In this document: piece by piece, positions 1-55,200 of the stretch | Layout: each line of letters starts with the position of its first letter | Numbering within the stretch: position 1 is the first letter of the stretch | Assembly (NCBI GenBank): GCA_030141605.1 | Contig: JAQGDQ010000298.1 | Span: 224,527 to 288,526 of the forward strand | DNA from: Tubiluchus corallicola | Lineage: Eukaryota > Animalia > Priapulida | DNA length: 64,000 bases | Reading direction: 5' to 3' | Translations under genes and position numbers: made by a program | Notes under the pieces: generated by a model | Databases searched by the model: none | What the model was told of the DNA's origin: nothing | What the model saw: only the letters and a program-made list of their open reading frames with translations

Positions 1-310
1 GTTCACTCAGGGAAGCCAAGTTCGAAACTTCAATTGCTACACGAGTCTATTATGACGGACACGAGTCTATTATGGAGTACCGTCAAAGACATGGTTTATG
101 GCTAGCAGTACAATACCGTTGTAGCACATGGCTGGAGTACCCTACACCATGCCTATTTCGTTCACTCAGGGAAGCCAAGTTCGAAACTTCGATTGCTACA
201 CGAGTCTATTATGACGGACACGAGTCTATTATGGAGTACCGTCAAAGACATGGTTTATGGCTAGGAGTACAATACCGTTGTTGTAGCACATGGCTGGAGT
301 ACCCTACACC
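1..310. repeat. 159-bp tandem repeat (2 units visible, truncated by the window edge)
   Basis: gttcactcagggaagccaagttcg at 1 and 160. Confidence 0.93.
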
Positions 311-1137
311 TTCGCAAGTATCGCAACTACTTTATTTCACCGGGCAGACAGATGGTTCGAATCCCTACCGACGCCCCAGGAGAACTTCTATAGACTGTTC
401 ACAATGTACCACATCATAGAGGTTGTCTCAGTGCCTCGGAAGTAACTAGTAGAATGCTTTTTCGTTTCAAGGCCTGTTTTGCCGATAGCGTGATGTGCAG
501 ACTGGTTTCTGTTTAAAGACTGACTGTATTGTTTTTGGGACAGTCTCGATAGATATCGATACACTGCACTCACAAGAAGTGGATCATTGATCTGTTAACC
601 TGGATAGATTTGCCAAAGCCGGGTTTTTACTTATTTGTACTAGTGCTGTTTACAATTTTGATTATTTTGTTAAACTGATTTGCTCAACTTTGAATGACTT
701 TTGTTGGGTTCAACTAGAGTAAAATTTAATTGCATTTGCATTTGCTGTAACTCATTTGTGGACAAATTGAAATTGAGGAAGGGGTAGTGTTACGAAGACG
801 GGTTTTGACTAACCCCATAATGTTAGTAATGGGTATAGTCGAGAAGCCCAGTAATGCAAATGTACCTGTATAAAACAGAATGCATGCCGTAATTTGACGA
901 TTCCAACCTGGCCTTTCTGTCTGTAAAGGTGATTGCTGTAGGTTTGCTGATTTTTATACAAGTCTGTTCACATGTCATTCTTTTGGAGTTACCGGTTGTG
1001 CAATAAAGTTAAATTTACACTTGCATTCGTACTCTTTTTACTTTTCTCGTCTGCAGTAGTACTTTCATAACTCGTATGCCGCTCGATACATTCTGAGGAG
1101 ACGGATCGGCGCCTGAAAAGGACCCGGATCCGTTACA
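1..1137 (+). mobile_element. 3' end of an LTR retrotransposon: internal region, polypurine tract and 350-bp 3' LTR (788-1137)
   Basis: gaggaaggggtag purine tract directly before TGTTACG (788); ends CGTTACA (1137); TG..CA termini with short inverted ends; AATAAA near 1002. No pol motifs in the window, so the clade is not determined. Confidence 0.72.
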
Positions 1138-1244
1138 ATATTAAGTTATTTTTTTTAATTTGCGATGAAACGACCGCGATGGCGTCACAAAAGTAAGCAC
1201 TAGCAAGTAAGTAAGGGAAAACGTCCGCAGTATAATTTAGTTAC

Positions 1245-27716
<26,472 letters not shown>

Positions 27717-27728
27717 ATGCAGCGAAGC

Positions 27729-44070
<16,342 letters not shown>

Positions 44071-44336
44071 TAAGATTTTTTCTAGATAAGTATTTTTTGA
44101 ATTAATTGTTAATGTCAAAGACCTGAAAGCTTTACTTGCTACAAGACGACTTCTCAGTTCTGAAGTGTTGGACTGTGAGGTTGCTCATTATATTGTGCAC
44201 ACATTTTTTACACATTGTTTGCCAAAATTTTACAAATATCCGCAATTCTCGTAAATCTTGGTAAAATGTTTTCTTGTCCGATTCAGTTTAATGCTGTTTG
44301 TTCATCTGTCCTTCAGTCAGCTCTCACCGCATCCAC

Positions 44337-44707
44337 AATAAGCCTTTTCATAGTTCCAGTAATTGACGATAATCGTGAAAAGGTCAAAGGTTAAGTGTAT
44401 CAGACAACGCATCTGTGTACACTTGACAACGCCTCGTGTCCATGCTATTGTAATAGTTACTAAAAAGTGACGAACACTAGCTAAGAACCTTTCCTAGTTG
44501 ATTTTTTCTTGTTCCCAAGGAAGATCCAGCACAGATAAATGCATAATTAAATAAAGTCCACGCCAAATAACTGACGTAACTCCACTGGGCTTTGCTTTAC
44601 CCACATGTCACGTGACGGTTGTAGCTAAGACGCGTTGCTTTGGTACACTGAACCTTTGACCTACAGCAATTGCGCGTGCGCACAACGAAACTATGAAAAG
44701 GCTTATT
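44337..44707. mobile_element. MITE family B copy with intact TIRs, downstream of the MMP stop (mirror 59272-59642)
   Basis: aataagcctttt(t)catagtt ... aactatgaaaaggcttatt. Confidence 0.8.
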
Positions 44708-45310
44708 AGATACATAAGTGTGCAAAACAAGTGACATGATTTATGAGAGAAATTACTATTTTATAGCAAAGAATTATTTACACATATTGAATGATTTAAA
44801 AAACAGCAAACATTGATAAACTATCGTTATAAATACAATATATAATAAAATATAATAACATGAAATAGAGCACAACAACTTTACAACGGGATTTTATTGA
44901 AAGTGTTGAAGATGTTTTTATATTTTCAATTTCAATAAACACAAAAAAGCAAGCGCATTCACGGTAATAAAGAGTTGTGACTACAAATGAAAGATATTTT
45001 TTCATTCGTTGTTAATTCACTAATTTAATAGTTGTGTTGTAGTGCCACTGGCATGATTGATGAACGTGTCTTCGTATGTCGCATGGCACGTGCGGTGTGA
45101 TTTGAGCAACCTATATATGTTTAAGGGTATAATGTGCAATCAAAAATAGATTTTGTTGTTTCTTCTGATGTCGGGCAAATTGCGTGACTCAGTGCTGTGG
45201 CAAGTGCTGCTCCTGGTGGCAAGCAAATTCACATTTGTGGGACAAGTAAACTACTGAGGGTCATAAACAATCTGCAACATTTACGAGATAGCAACCGACT
45301 TCAGCCTCAT

Positions 45311-46423
45311 TTACAAGAAAGCCACAGGTTGATTTTTAACTTTACTAACAAAACGTGAAATGCCTAATCTTTCAGAATTGCCTAACTGAAACGCATTTGG
45401 ACGCGTCTGATCGATCATCAACCCGGCTACTGAGTGACGTCTTTGCAACTTCTTCTGTCTTGTCTTTATCATCTTGGACTCCAGCTGGACCTGAATGGCT
45501 TCTCCTAAAAGTCTGGCATCAAAAGAATTTGTGTCATCCCATTTAATTGACAGAAGATCATTGTCATCTCCATTGTTCTCTATTATTTTGTAATTATAAC
45601 TTTTTGCAGTGTGCCCCCTAGAGTGACTGTCTTGTCCTGCATTGTTACTAGCAGGATCTGTACTACATGAATTTGAGCATTCTGGGTAAATAGATGGCTC
45701 CACTTCGTCTATTGTTTCTACAAGATCTGATGACGTGGACGACTCGCGAGATCTCGCCTTAACACTGCCAGAACCTTTGAGCTGCTGTTTTTTGATCGTT
45801 TTTGAACTTTTCATTTCTTCTTGAAAAGATTTCACGGTTGGATCGCTTTTGCTTCTGAATTTGAAAGCTCTTGATGGGTGGGAAATGCTTCTGGAAGAAC
45901 ATCCTGGAATCTGGACATCACTTGTAAAGCCTTCTGCTGATGACCCTTCACTTATGCTTCTTCTGTGGGGGTTTCTGATACCATATGGAGCTGCTATTGT
46001 ATCAGTTTCACATTCATCTGGTGCACCTGGATTTATTACGGCAGCTCTGGACATCTCGGGTGACGTCGCTGGACTTTCTTCTAAGCTATCCAAGCAAGAG
46101 TTTGTTCTTTTCTTCAGTGCCCTCCTGTGGTCAAGTGGTCTCGCATTGGTCAAGCATGCAATGGTTTTTCGTCGGACACGTAAATTGCGGAATGTCTGCA
46201 CAATGGTCTGCAAGTCCTCATTCGTACACATGATTCCATTCCCAGATAAATTTGTCTCGCTGCTACTCTTGCGACAGAGAGGTTCTGGTTCATGACCACT
46301 AGAGGGTACCGAAAAAGAAAACTGTCGGAAGAACCGCTTGGTTAACGTCCCACCGGAACCAGAAGTAGAAATAGAACCGGCAGGAAGTGATGATTTTGCT
46401 TTCGTCTTCTTAGTATTGTCCAT
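45311..46423 (-). CDS. Hypothetical 370-aa Ser-rich, basic, probably disordered protein (left-arm copy)
   Basis: 1113-bp uninterrupted non-repetitive ORF, more GC-rich than its flanks. A splice acceptor (ttgttgcag) lies 16 nt upstream of the ATG. No domain recognised. Confidence 0.7.
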   Translation of the reverse strand: MDNTKKTKAKSSLPAGSISTSGSGGTLTKRFFRQFSFSVPSSGHEPEPLCRKSSSETNLSGNGIMCTNEDLQTIVQTFRNLRVRRKTIACLTNARPLDHRRALKKRTNSCLDSLEESPATSPEMSRAAVINPGAPDECETDTIAAPYGIRNPHRRSISEGSSAEGFTSDVQIPGCSSRSISHPSRAFKFRSKSDPTVKSFQEEMKSSKTIKKQQLKGSGSVKARSRESSTSSDLVETIDEVEPSIYPECSNSCSTDPASNNAGQDSHSRGHTAKSYNYKIIENNGDDNDLLSIKWDDTNSFDARLLGEAIQVQLESKMIKTRQKKLQRRHSVAGLMIDQTRPNAFQLGNSERLGISRFVSKVKNQPVAFL

Positions 46424-46484
46424 TTTTAGACTTGTCTGCCTGCAACAAACACGAATATGCTTTTAAACGTTGTATAGTGTATAC

Positions 46485-46851
46485 TCGGGGTGAACATTTT
46501 CTACCACAAAGCGAATTTGAATCAAACCGAATTTTAGTATTTCAAATTCGATTCGAATTGAGTTTGAAAGATTTTTTAGCAAGTTTTTGAACCCCTGGAA
46601 CAAGTGCTCTTACAAAGATCATGCATATTGCTATGCAGTAAAACCAATGATCAATAATTTGTTTAAAAATTGTGCACAGAAATCACAGCTAAACTGTGCT
46701 AATTGCATGATGTCTCAAACGTTTTAATGATAAAGAAAATGATTAATGATAATGTGGTTGAAGTGCTGAATTATTCAAATCTATAATTTTAGATTCAAAT
46801 CGAATTCGAACTAAAAAAAACTCGAACTCAAACGTTCGATGCTCACCACTA
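46485..46851. mobile_element. Diverged copy of the same MITE family as the palindrome spacer (mirror copy 57128-57494)
   Basis: tcggggtgaacattttctacca...aacgttcgatgctcaccacta aligns by eye along its length with 51959-52287, in the same orientation. Confidence 0.75.
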
Positions 46852-47399
46852 GAATGTAAGCTAAGTGATTTTGGCATTTTGAAGTTACTTGTTTAGCTAT
46901 ATATCTTAGTGATATCCGAAAAAGTTAGGATGATTTTTTATCATAAATATTAAATTTTAGATTCTTGATTATTTAAATGAAAAATAGCAGTCATGATTAG
47001 TGAGGATGAATGAGATTTATTGCCCCCAAAGCAAAGTTGCACGTTTTCCTAATTACGGAACATTCAAATAGGGAAGATAACAAACCTAAATTTGGTAAGA
47101 ACTAAACAGCAACTCTTAAAAATGTAAAGTAGCAAAAAACGTAAAACTTTGCCTACAAACTTGGAGTTGAACCCACATGTTTTGTCTGGGCAGGGCATGA
47201 TGTTACCAAAACTAAACTAATATTGCGCGAAATAGAAATCCTGTTATGTTTAGCAGTACGTTTTAACTCCGTAGTTACAAATTCTATATAAAAATCACCA
47301 CAATACTTGTGTTTATGAAAACACTAAACTGCGCACTTACTGCAAATTTAAATCAGAATTTAAGTAAGAAAACTATTTACATTTTACGAACAACAAATG

Positions 47400-47941
47400 T
47401 GAAAAATCTTGTTTACGAAGCTGCGAATAAGTGCGCATAACTTACATGTAGAAAATGGGAGGACACCAACAACCTCAAATACCTGTGAATATGAGAATCT
47501 GTCAACATTGTGACAGCCAACAAGTAGAAGAGGAAACTCATTTTTTGTTTTATTGACAGCGCTGTTGTCTTACCAATCGTTAACACATTCTTTTTATTTC
47601 GATATGACAAGCATCAATAGCAATTTCATTAACTTGAACGACAATGAAAAGCTAAAATTCACAATGGGGAGGTAACGACTGAGGTATAGCCAAAATAGTC
47701 GCCCATTACATTTTCAAGTATTAAAAACGGAGTAAATAGTACTAACATGTAAATATTGATAACATTATTTATTATTCTTTCATGATACGCTAACTGTATC
47801 TATACTAAAATTATATATATATTTCTTATTTGTTATGTGTTTTTTAGCTATAATGTAATAGCTCTCTTTTGTACTTTTGTATTTTGTTGTTGTTTTACTA
47901 TATGTATGTTTTTGTACTGTAATGTAAATACCAATAATAAA
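47400..47941 (+). mobile_element. Degenerate LINE 3' fragment (mirror 56038-56579)
   Basis: IPVNMRICQHCDSQQVEEETHFLFY* followed by an AT-rich 3' region ending aataataaa. Confidence 0.5.
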
Positions 47942-48429
47942 TTCTGTGAGGAAACTTCAAGAACGTCTTGGTTTTTCTAAGTTCATTAACCTGTTTTTAA
48001 CAGCAAAGTTGTTTTGACATGTGGCTTCATTTGGAAACCATTCCCGGTGCCCTCGCTGTTAAAAGATAAAGCAGCCTCTTGGCTCTTTCTTCTTCCCCAA
48101 AAAAACTTGTATGCTTTGCTAGTGGCAGCTGTGGGGCTTACGATCGCTGTGTGTATCGCAGTTTTGCAGCTTCATCAAATGAGGTACCAAAATTAAAGCT
48201 GCGAGGTTTGCCTCGAATATAGGAGAAGTAAAAAACACACCAAGTCACACCTGAATAATAACGGGATGAGTTCGCCTTTGTCTTTCTGTTTATTATCATT
48301 TGTGGTTTCTTCGGTCGGAGCGGAAGCCATTTTATTCAATACTGCATATCATTCACTTCTCTTCCACAGTTGATTTCCACTGTAAAAACAACAAGAGAAA
48401 CTTGTAATGGGGGCCAAAATTAACTTTCA

Positions 48430-48660
48430 TTTACGGAAAGCCACGATGCGCTTACGAAGTCTACAAGTCCACTAGTTACGTCATAATTTTAAATCGAATG
48501 GCGGCTACCATCTCGCCTAAAAATTTCTATACAGCGATGGTATAAATTAACTTTGTGATCTGTGGACAGTTTTTTGTAAATTTCTTTGTAACACTTTATA
48601 AGTTTAAGTAATAACAGTAAAGCAAACCCGACATACTAGGTGACTTATGTCTTCCTTTAA
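48430..48660 (+). mobile_element. Right end of a second TTAA-terminated element (K2), related to about 21262-21486; mirror 55319-55549
   Basis: acgatgcgctta..agtccac..agttacgtcataatt..aaacc..catgcta/actag..cctttaa shared between the loci. Confidence 0.6.
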
Positions 48661-49746
48661 TTAGTAAGGCATTGAATATTTTGACAACTCATTTTTCTAT
48701 TGATGTTTCAAGGTTAAAAAGGAAATGTATTGGTTCCGTGAATAGCATTCTCTCAAGTATGGGCCATAATCGTAATGACATAGTAGCTAAAACTCTGATC
48801 AATACATATTGTCTACCCATTTTATTATACGAATGAGAAATCGGGGGTATATTCGATTTTAAACAAAATGAAAGTGCCATTTCACATAATGTATTTCGTA
48901 AGATAATACTGAATTGTAGACCAATCGTTTCAGTCTTTCTGATGCAATAAATCCCTATAAAAAGTAATCAAGTAAGCAAGAAAAGGAACATTAATTGAAG
49001 ATGATAGCTGTATAATGAGATGATTCAATTATGAGCTTAACGACTTAAGTGCGTCATTTTTAATTTTTTAAATTATTCAAGAATTACATCCTGGACAACC
49101 TCAAAACGTAAACATCTATTGACTTCAGGGTTTCAAACGTCCAGTACTGGATAGAAGAGGTTTATGAAGTGTCAGATTGCTGTTGCAGTCAACAAGCCCG
49201 TCTACATGATAGCCTCACGTCCTGCGCTTGCGCAGTAAGACGTATTTGTTTTCACGAATGAGCGAATGACATGTTGAAATTCAAATCAAGTTGCATAGAT
49301 TACAGAGCAATAAAAACCCAAAGAACTAGCTGTGGAAAAACAGTATTGATCAACTGTTACGTCTTAATATAACTTTTCTACTCAAATGCTGTACGCTTCA
49401 CAGCCTCAGGTGTGACCCATGCTTTAATCCCATTAAATTCATCGTAAAATGCAGACAGCAGTTGCGCAGTATAATATGATCGCTGTTATTACGATGCTCA
49501 AAAAGCCTTCATCAACGCACAAAAATTAATCAAGCAAAGCCTTTGATATGGGCCTAATTTTCACAATTGCCATTCGCAGACTTTTAGCTTTTACTGCTGT
49601 ATTCCTCAGCGTTTGCTAAGAGAACGTTAATATTGTTATGCAAATAAAAACAGTGTATGAAGTACGAAGTATACTACTGTGTTGCTAGTAATGTAGTATA
49701 CGTTTTACTGTGTTAGATATTTATGCATTTATATTCTTGTAGTCAA

Positions 49747-49943
49747 TGTGGAATGTTTTTACTGTTGGAAATTATGTTCGTTTGTGATGTCATCAATAGT
49801 TGGGCTCGTCCGCCGTTAATTAAGTTTTTAATTTATTATTTCATTATCAGAAACGCTTTTGCACTATTTATTGTTGTTAAAATGTATACTTTTTTCGGAT
49901 TTGAAAATGGGGCGGTTTATGAAAAATCATCTTGTCTTCCTTT
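49747..49943 (+). mobile_element. Family K1 3' fragment (mirror 54036-54232)
   Basis: Matches the last ~200 bp of the K1 copies. Confidence 0.7.
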
Positions 49944-50958
49944 ACAGGAGTTACACCTACGAGTATTTCCCTTTCTCACAAATAGTAGCGCCGGGTGTTT
50001 ACGGTGTTTTGCAGGGTTTTTCCACGCTGTTTAGTACTCCGCGAGTCAGAATCCGGCGCTGAAGGACTAGATAGATGAGGCAAGACCAGAATCTAGCTAA
50101 TTATCAAAAATAAACCTATGATGAGACACTGAAGTAGTACAGAGGAATCTGAGCCGCGCTCGGATGTGCACACATCATATACAATCTAGCGAATTTGTAA
50201 TTAACATGACATCAAGCAAACCGAAGATGAAATCCACTTAGTCATGAAATTTTTACGTTATCAGGGCGATAGATTGACACTTTTAAATAATATTGAAAAT
50301 TTGTTCCCAACGTTCTCTGACATACCAAATGGCAATGACAAATTTGCCTTTATAGCGAGTAGTCGATTATGTCAAATTATGCAAGATTATTATAGTTTTT
50401 CTGGAATCATCCCTTCAGGCTAAGAACCCTTTATTGTCTAAAATCTAGATACAATTATGTTATGAAATATTATTACTCCTTTATGTAACATCATTGTGAT
50501 AACATTTGGTATAGCATACAATGTTACTGTAGTTTTCCTGGTATCAGCTTTTTATATTAGCAATCATTTATGGTTTATATAAAATCTAGTTACAGTTGTG
50601 TAACAAGTTATAAAAACTCATCTGTGTAACATTGTAGCGGTAATTATTTTTATCATCTGTGTTGTATTAATTGTTATATGTTCTGTACGCTTGGGCTACA
50701 ATATTCCTTATAAGCGGATAATTAAGCTTTTTTTCTTTCCATACTCTCAGTTTTTAACTTTACTCACTAACCTTGGTCAAATTCCCCTGTCAATAAGACC
50801 CCATTTGAAACTACTACATATAATAAGCCTAATTACTGAATTCTTTTGTTTCGATTTAGGTATCTAACTTTATTATTTTTTATTTTCAGTTCTTTTTTGA
50901 TAATTTGTATCATTTATGTTTTTATTATTATTTTTTTCTTATTTGTTTTTGTTTATGT

Positions 50959-51126
50959 TATCTGCAGCATCACATTTAAATTGTTAATATACTAACCTAT
51001 TTACAAGAAAGGGCAGGAGACCAGATGACCCTATGGTCCTTCTCTGCCCTGCTCCATGATTATAATTACTTAACTTTTAAAAAACTTTTGGTGTTAAACT
51101 AATTGGAGAAAATAAATGTTCTATTT
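50959..51126 (+). mobile_element. Left-arm-specific insertion resembling a 5'-truncated retroposon 3' end
   Basis: Absent at the mirror position (about 53020); contains hairpin gggcaggagacca..tggtccttctctgccc and AATAAA, followed by (CTATGT)n. Confidence 0.6.
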
Positions 51127-51500
51127 CTATGTCTATGTCTATGTCTATGTCTATGTCTATGTCTATGTCTATGTCTATGTCTATGTCTATGTCTATGTCT
51201 ATGTCTGTGTCTGTGTCTGTGTTGTGTCGTCTTGTCTATGTCTATGTCTATGTCTATGTCTATGTCTATGTTATGCTATGCTTGTCTATGTCTATGTCTA
51301 TGTCTATGTCTATGTCTATGTCTATGTCTATGTCTATGTCTATGTCTATGTCTATGTCTATGTCTATGTCTATGTCTATGTCTATGTCTATGTCTATGTC
51401 TATGTCTATGTATATGTCTATGTCTATGTCTATGTGTATGTCCATGTCCATGTCCATGTCCATGTCCATGTCCATGTCCATGTCCATGTCTATGTCTATG
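51121..51500. repeat. (CTATGT)n/(CCATGT)n microsatellite (shorter mirror at about 52746-53024)
   Basis: Direct inspection. Confidence 0.96.
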
Positions 51501-51958
51501 AATCCGTGACAACTTACATGATTACGAATAACAAGTCTGTCTCTAACAAACGTCTCTTTTACTGTTGATTAAATCTGTCTTGTTTATTTGTTGCTGACAT
51601 TTGCACGTATGTAATCATGGTCATGATTCGACGAAATGAGCCCAAACTACCCGCTAATAACAGCAAACATCAACTCGTAGTTCTATACTAGCTGATAATA
51701 ACACGGCAAAGTTCAGTGCTGCCTTGCTGGATAGCGTGTGCCATGATTTATAGAACTCTCTCTAGATTTTATCCATTAACAGAGTTCCCCAGACAATTGC
51801 AAACGACACATACACTCGCTCTGTGCAGAAACATAAAGGTTACGATTACAAAACACTGGCTTCATAAATGCTAGTGACAACATCAAACGCCTTGGGCAAA
51901 ACATGACATGTTCAAGATACGTACAATACATAAACTATGATTCAGGCAAGCTAACTAG

Positions 51959-52287
51959 TAGGGGGTGAGCATTCACTACCAGAAAGCGAATTCGAATCGA
52001 ACCGAATTGAGTTTGAAAGATTTTCGAACGAGTTTTCGAATCAGTAGTAAAAAGTCGTCTCACAAAGAACTTGCATATTACTTGATTTTGTTCTGCAATA
52101 GAACTGCTATGAGTTTTTTAAAAATTTTGCAGCTAAATTGTGGTAATTGCGTGCTGCTTCAAACATTTTAACGATAAAGAACATACGTGGCTGAAGAGCT
52201 GAATTATTGGAATCTATAATTTTAGGTTCGAATCGAATTCGAACTAAAAACACTTGTTCAAAATCGAACGTTCGATGCTCACCCCTA
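51959..52287. mobile_element. Short TIR element (MITE, hAT-like TAGGGGTG termini) forming the palindrome spacer
   Basis: Termini tagggggtgagcat / atgctcacccccta-like (1-bp indel between them), internal TTCGAA-rich repeats, homologous to 46485-46851. Superfamily inferred from the termini only. Confidence 0.75.
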
Positions 52288-55200
52288 CTAGTTAGCTTGC
52301 CTGAATCATAGTTTATGTATTGTACGTATCTTGAACATGTCATGTTTTGCCCAAGGCGTTTGATGTTGTCACTAGCATTTATGAAGCCAGTGTTTTGTAA
52401 TCGTAACCTTTATGTTTCTGCACAGAGCGAGTGTATGTGTCGTTTGCAATTGTCTGGGGAACTCTGTTAATGGATAAAATCTAGAGAGAGTTCTATAAAT
52501 CATGGCACACGCTATCCAGCAAGGCAGCACTGAACTTTGCCGTGTTATTATCAGCTAGTATAGAACTACGAGTTGATGTTTGCTGTTATTAGCGGGTAGT
52601 TTGGGCTCATTTCGTCGAATCATGACCATGATTACATACGTGCAAATGTCAGCAACAAATAAACAAGACAGATTTAATCAACAGTAAAAGAGACGTTTGT
52701 TAGAGACAGACTTGTTATTCGTAATCATGTAAGTTGTCACGGATTCATAGACATAGACATGGACATGGACATGGACATGGACATGGACATGGACATGGAC
52801 ATGGACATACACATAGACATAGACATAGACATATACATAGACATAGACATAGACATAGACATAGACATACACATAGACATAGACATAGACATAGACATAG
52901 ACATAGACATAGACATAGACATAGACATAGACATAGACATAGACATAGACATAGACATAGACATAGGCATAGGCATAGACATAGACATAGACATAGACAT
53001 AGACATAGACATAGACATAGACATAAACAAAAACAAATAAGAAAAAAATAATAATAAAAACATAAATGATACAAATTATCAAAAAAGAACTGAAAATAAA
53101 AAATAATAAAGTTAGATACCTAAATCGAAACAAAAGAATTCAGTAATTAGGCTTATTATATGTAGTAGTTTCAAATGGGGTCTTATTGACAGGGGAATTT
53201 GACCAAGGTTAGTGAGTAAAGTTAAAAACTGAGAGTATGGAAAGAAAAAAAGCTTAATTATCCGCTTATAAGGAATATTGTAGCCCAAGCGTACAGAACA
53301 TATAACAATTAATACAACACAGATGATAAAAATAATTACCGCTACAATGTTACACAGATGAGTTTTTATAACTTGTTACACAACTGTAACTAGATTTTAT
53401 ATAAACCATAAATGATTGCTAATATAAAAAGCTGATACCAGGAAAACTACAGTAACATTGTATGCTATACCAAATGTTATCACAATGATGTTACATAAAG
53501 GAGTAATAATATTTCATAACATAATTGTATCTAGATTTTAGACAATAAAGGGTTCTTAGCCTGAAGGGATGATTCCAGAAAAACTATAATAATCTTGCAT
53601 AATTTGACATAATCGACTACTCGCTATAAAGGCAAATTTGTCATTGCCATTTGGTATGTCAGAGAACGTTGGGAACAAATTTTCAATATTATTTAAAAGT
53701 GTCAATCTATCGCCCTGATAACGTAAAAATTTCATGACTAAGTGGATTTCATCTTCGGTTTGCTTGATGTCATGTTAATTACAAATTCGCTAGATTGTAT
53801 ATGATGTGTGCACATCCGAGCGCGGCTCAGATTCCTCTGTACTACTTCAGTGTCTCATCATAGGTTTATTTTTGATAATTAGCTAGATTCTGGTCTTGCC
53901 TCATCTATCTAGTCCTTCAGCGCCGGATTCTGACTCGCGGAGTACTAAACAGCGTGGAAAAACCCTGCAAAACACCGTAAACACCCGGCGCTACTATTTG
54001 TGAGAAAGGGAAATACTCGTAGGTGTAACTCCTGTAAAGGAAGACAAGATGATTTTTCATAAACCGCCCCATTTTCAAATCCGAAAAAAGTATACATTTT
54101 AACAACAATAAATAGTGCAAAAGCGTTTCTGATAATGAAATAATAAATTAAAAACTTAATTAACGGCGGACGAGCCCAACTATTGATGACATCACAAACG
54201 AACATAATTTCCAACAGTAAAAACATTCCACATTGACTACAAGAATATAAATGCATAAATATCTAACACAGTAAAACGTATACTACATTACTAGCAACAC
54301 AGTAGTATACTTCGTACTTCATACACTGTTTTTATTTGCATAACAATATTAACGTTCTCTTAGCAAACGCTGAGGAATACAGCAGTAAAAGCTAAAAGTC
54401 TGCGAATGGCAATTGTGAAAATTAGGCCCATATCAAAGGCTTTGCTTGATTAATTTTTGTGCGTTGATGAAGGCTTTTTGAGCATCGTAATAACGGCGAT
54501 CATATTATACTGCGCAACTGCTGTCTGCATTTTACGATGAATTTAATGGGATTAAAGCATGGGTCACACCTGAGGCTGTGAAGCGTACAGCATTTGAGTA
54601 GAAAAGTTATATTAAGACGTAACAGTTGATCAATACTGTTTTTCCACAGCTAGTTCTTTGGGTTTTTATTGCTCTGTAATCTATGCAACTTGATTTGAAT
54701 TTCAACATGTCATTCGCTCATTCGTGAAAACAAATACGTCTTACTGCGCAAGCGCAGGACGTGAGGCTATCATGTAGACGGGCTTGTTGACTGCAACAGC
54801 AATCTGACACTTCATAAACCTCTTCTATCCAGTACTGGACGTTTGAAACCCTGAAGTCAATAGATGTTTACGTTTTGAGGTTGTCCAGGATGTAATTCTT
54901 GAATAATTTAAAAAATTAAAAATGACGCACTTAAGTCGTTAAGCTCATAATTGAATCATCTCATTATACAGCTATCATCTTCAATTAATGTTCCTTTTCT
55001 TGCTTACTTGATTACTTTTTATAGGGATTTATTGCATCAGAAAGACTGAAACGATTGGTCTACAATTCAGTATTATCTTACGAAATACATTATGTGAAAT
55101 GGCACTTTCATTTTGTTTAAAATCGAATATACCCCCGATTTCTCATTCGTATAATAAAATGGGTAGACAATATGTATTGATCAGAGTTTTAGCTACTATG

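Noticed and set aside
45355-46295. Plus-strand ORFs of 63-148 aa overlapping the 370-aa ORF, and their mirrors
   Set aside because: Antisense shadows of the longer ORF; no independent evidence.
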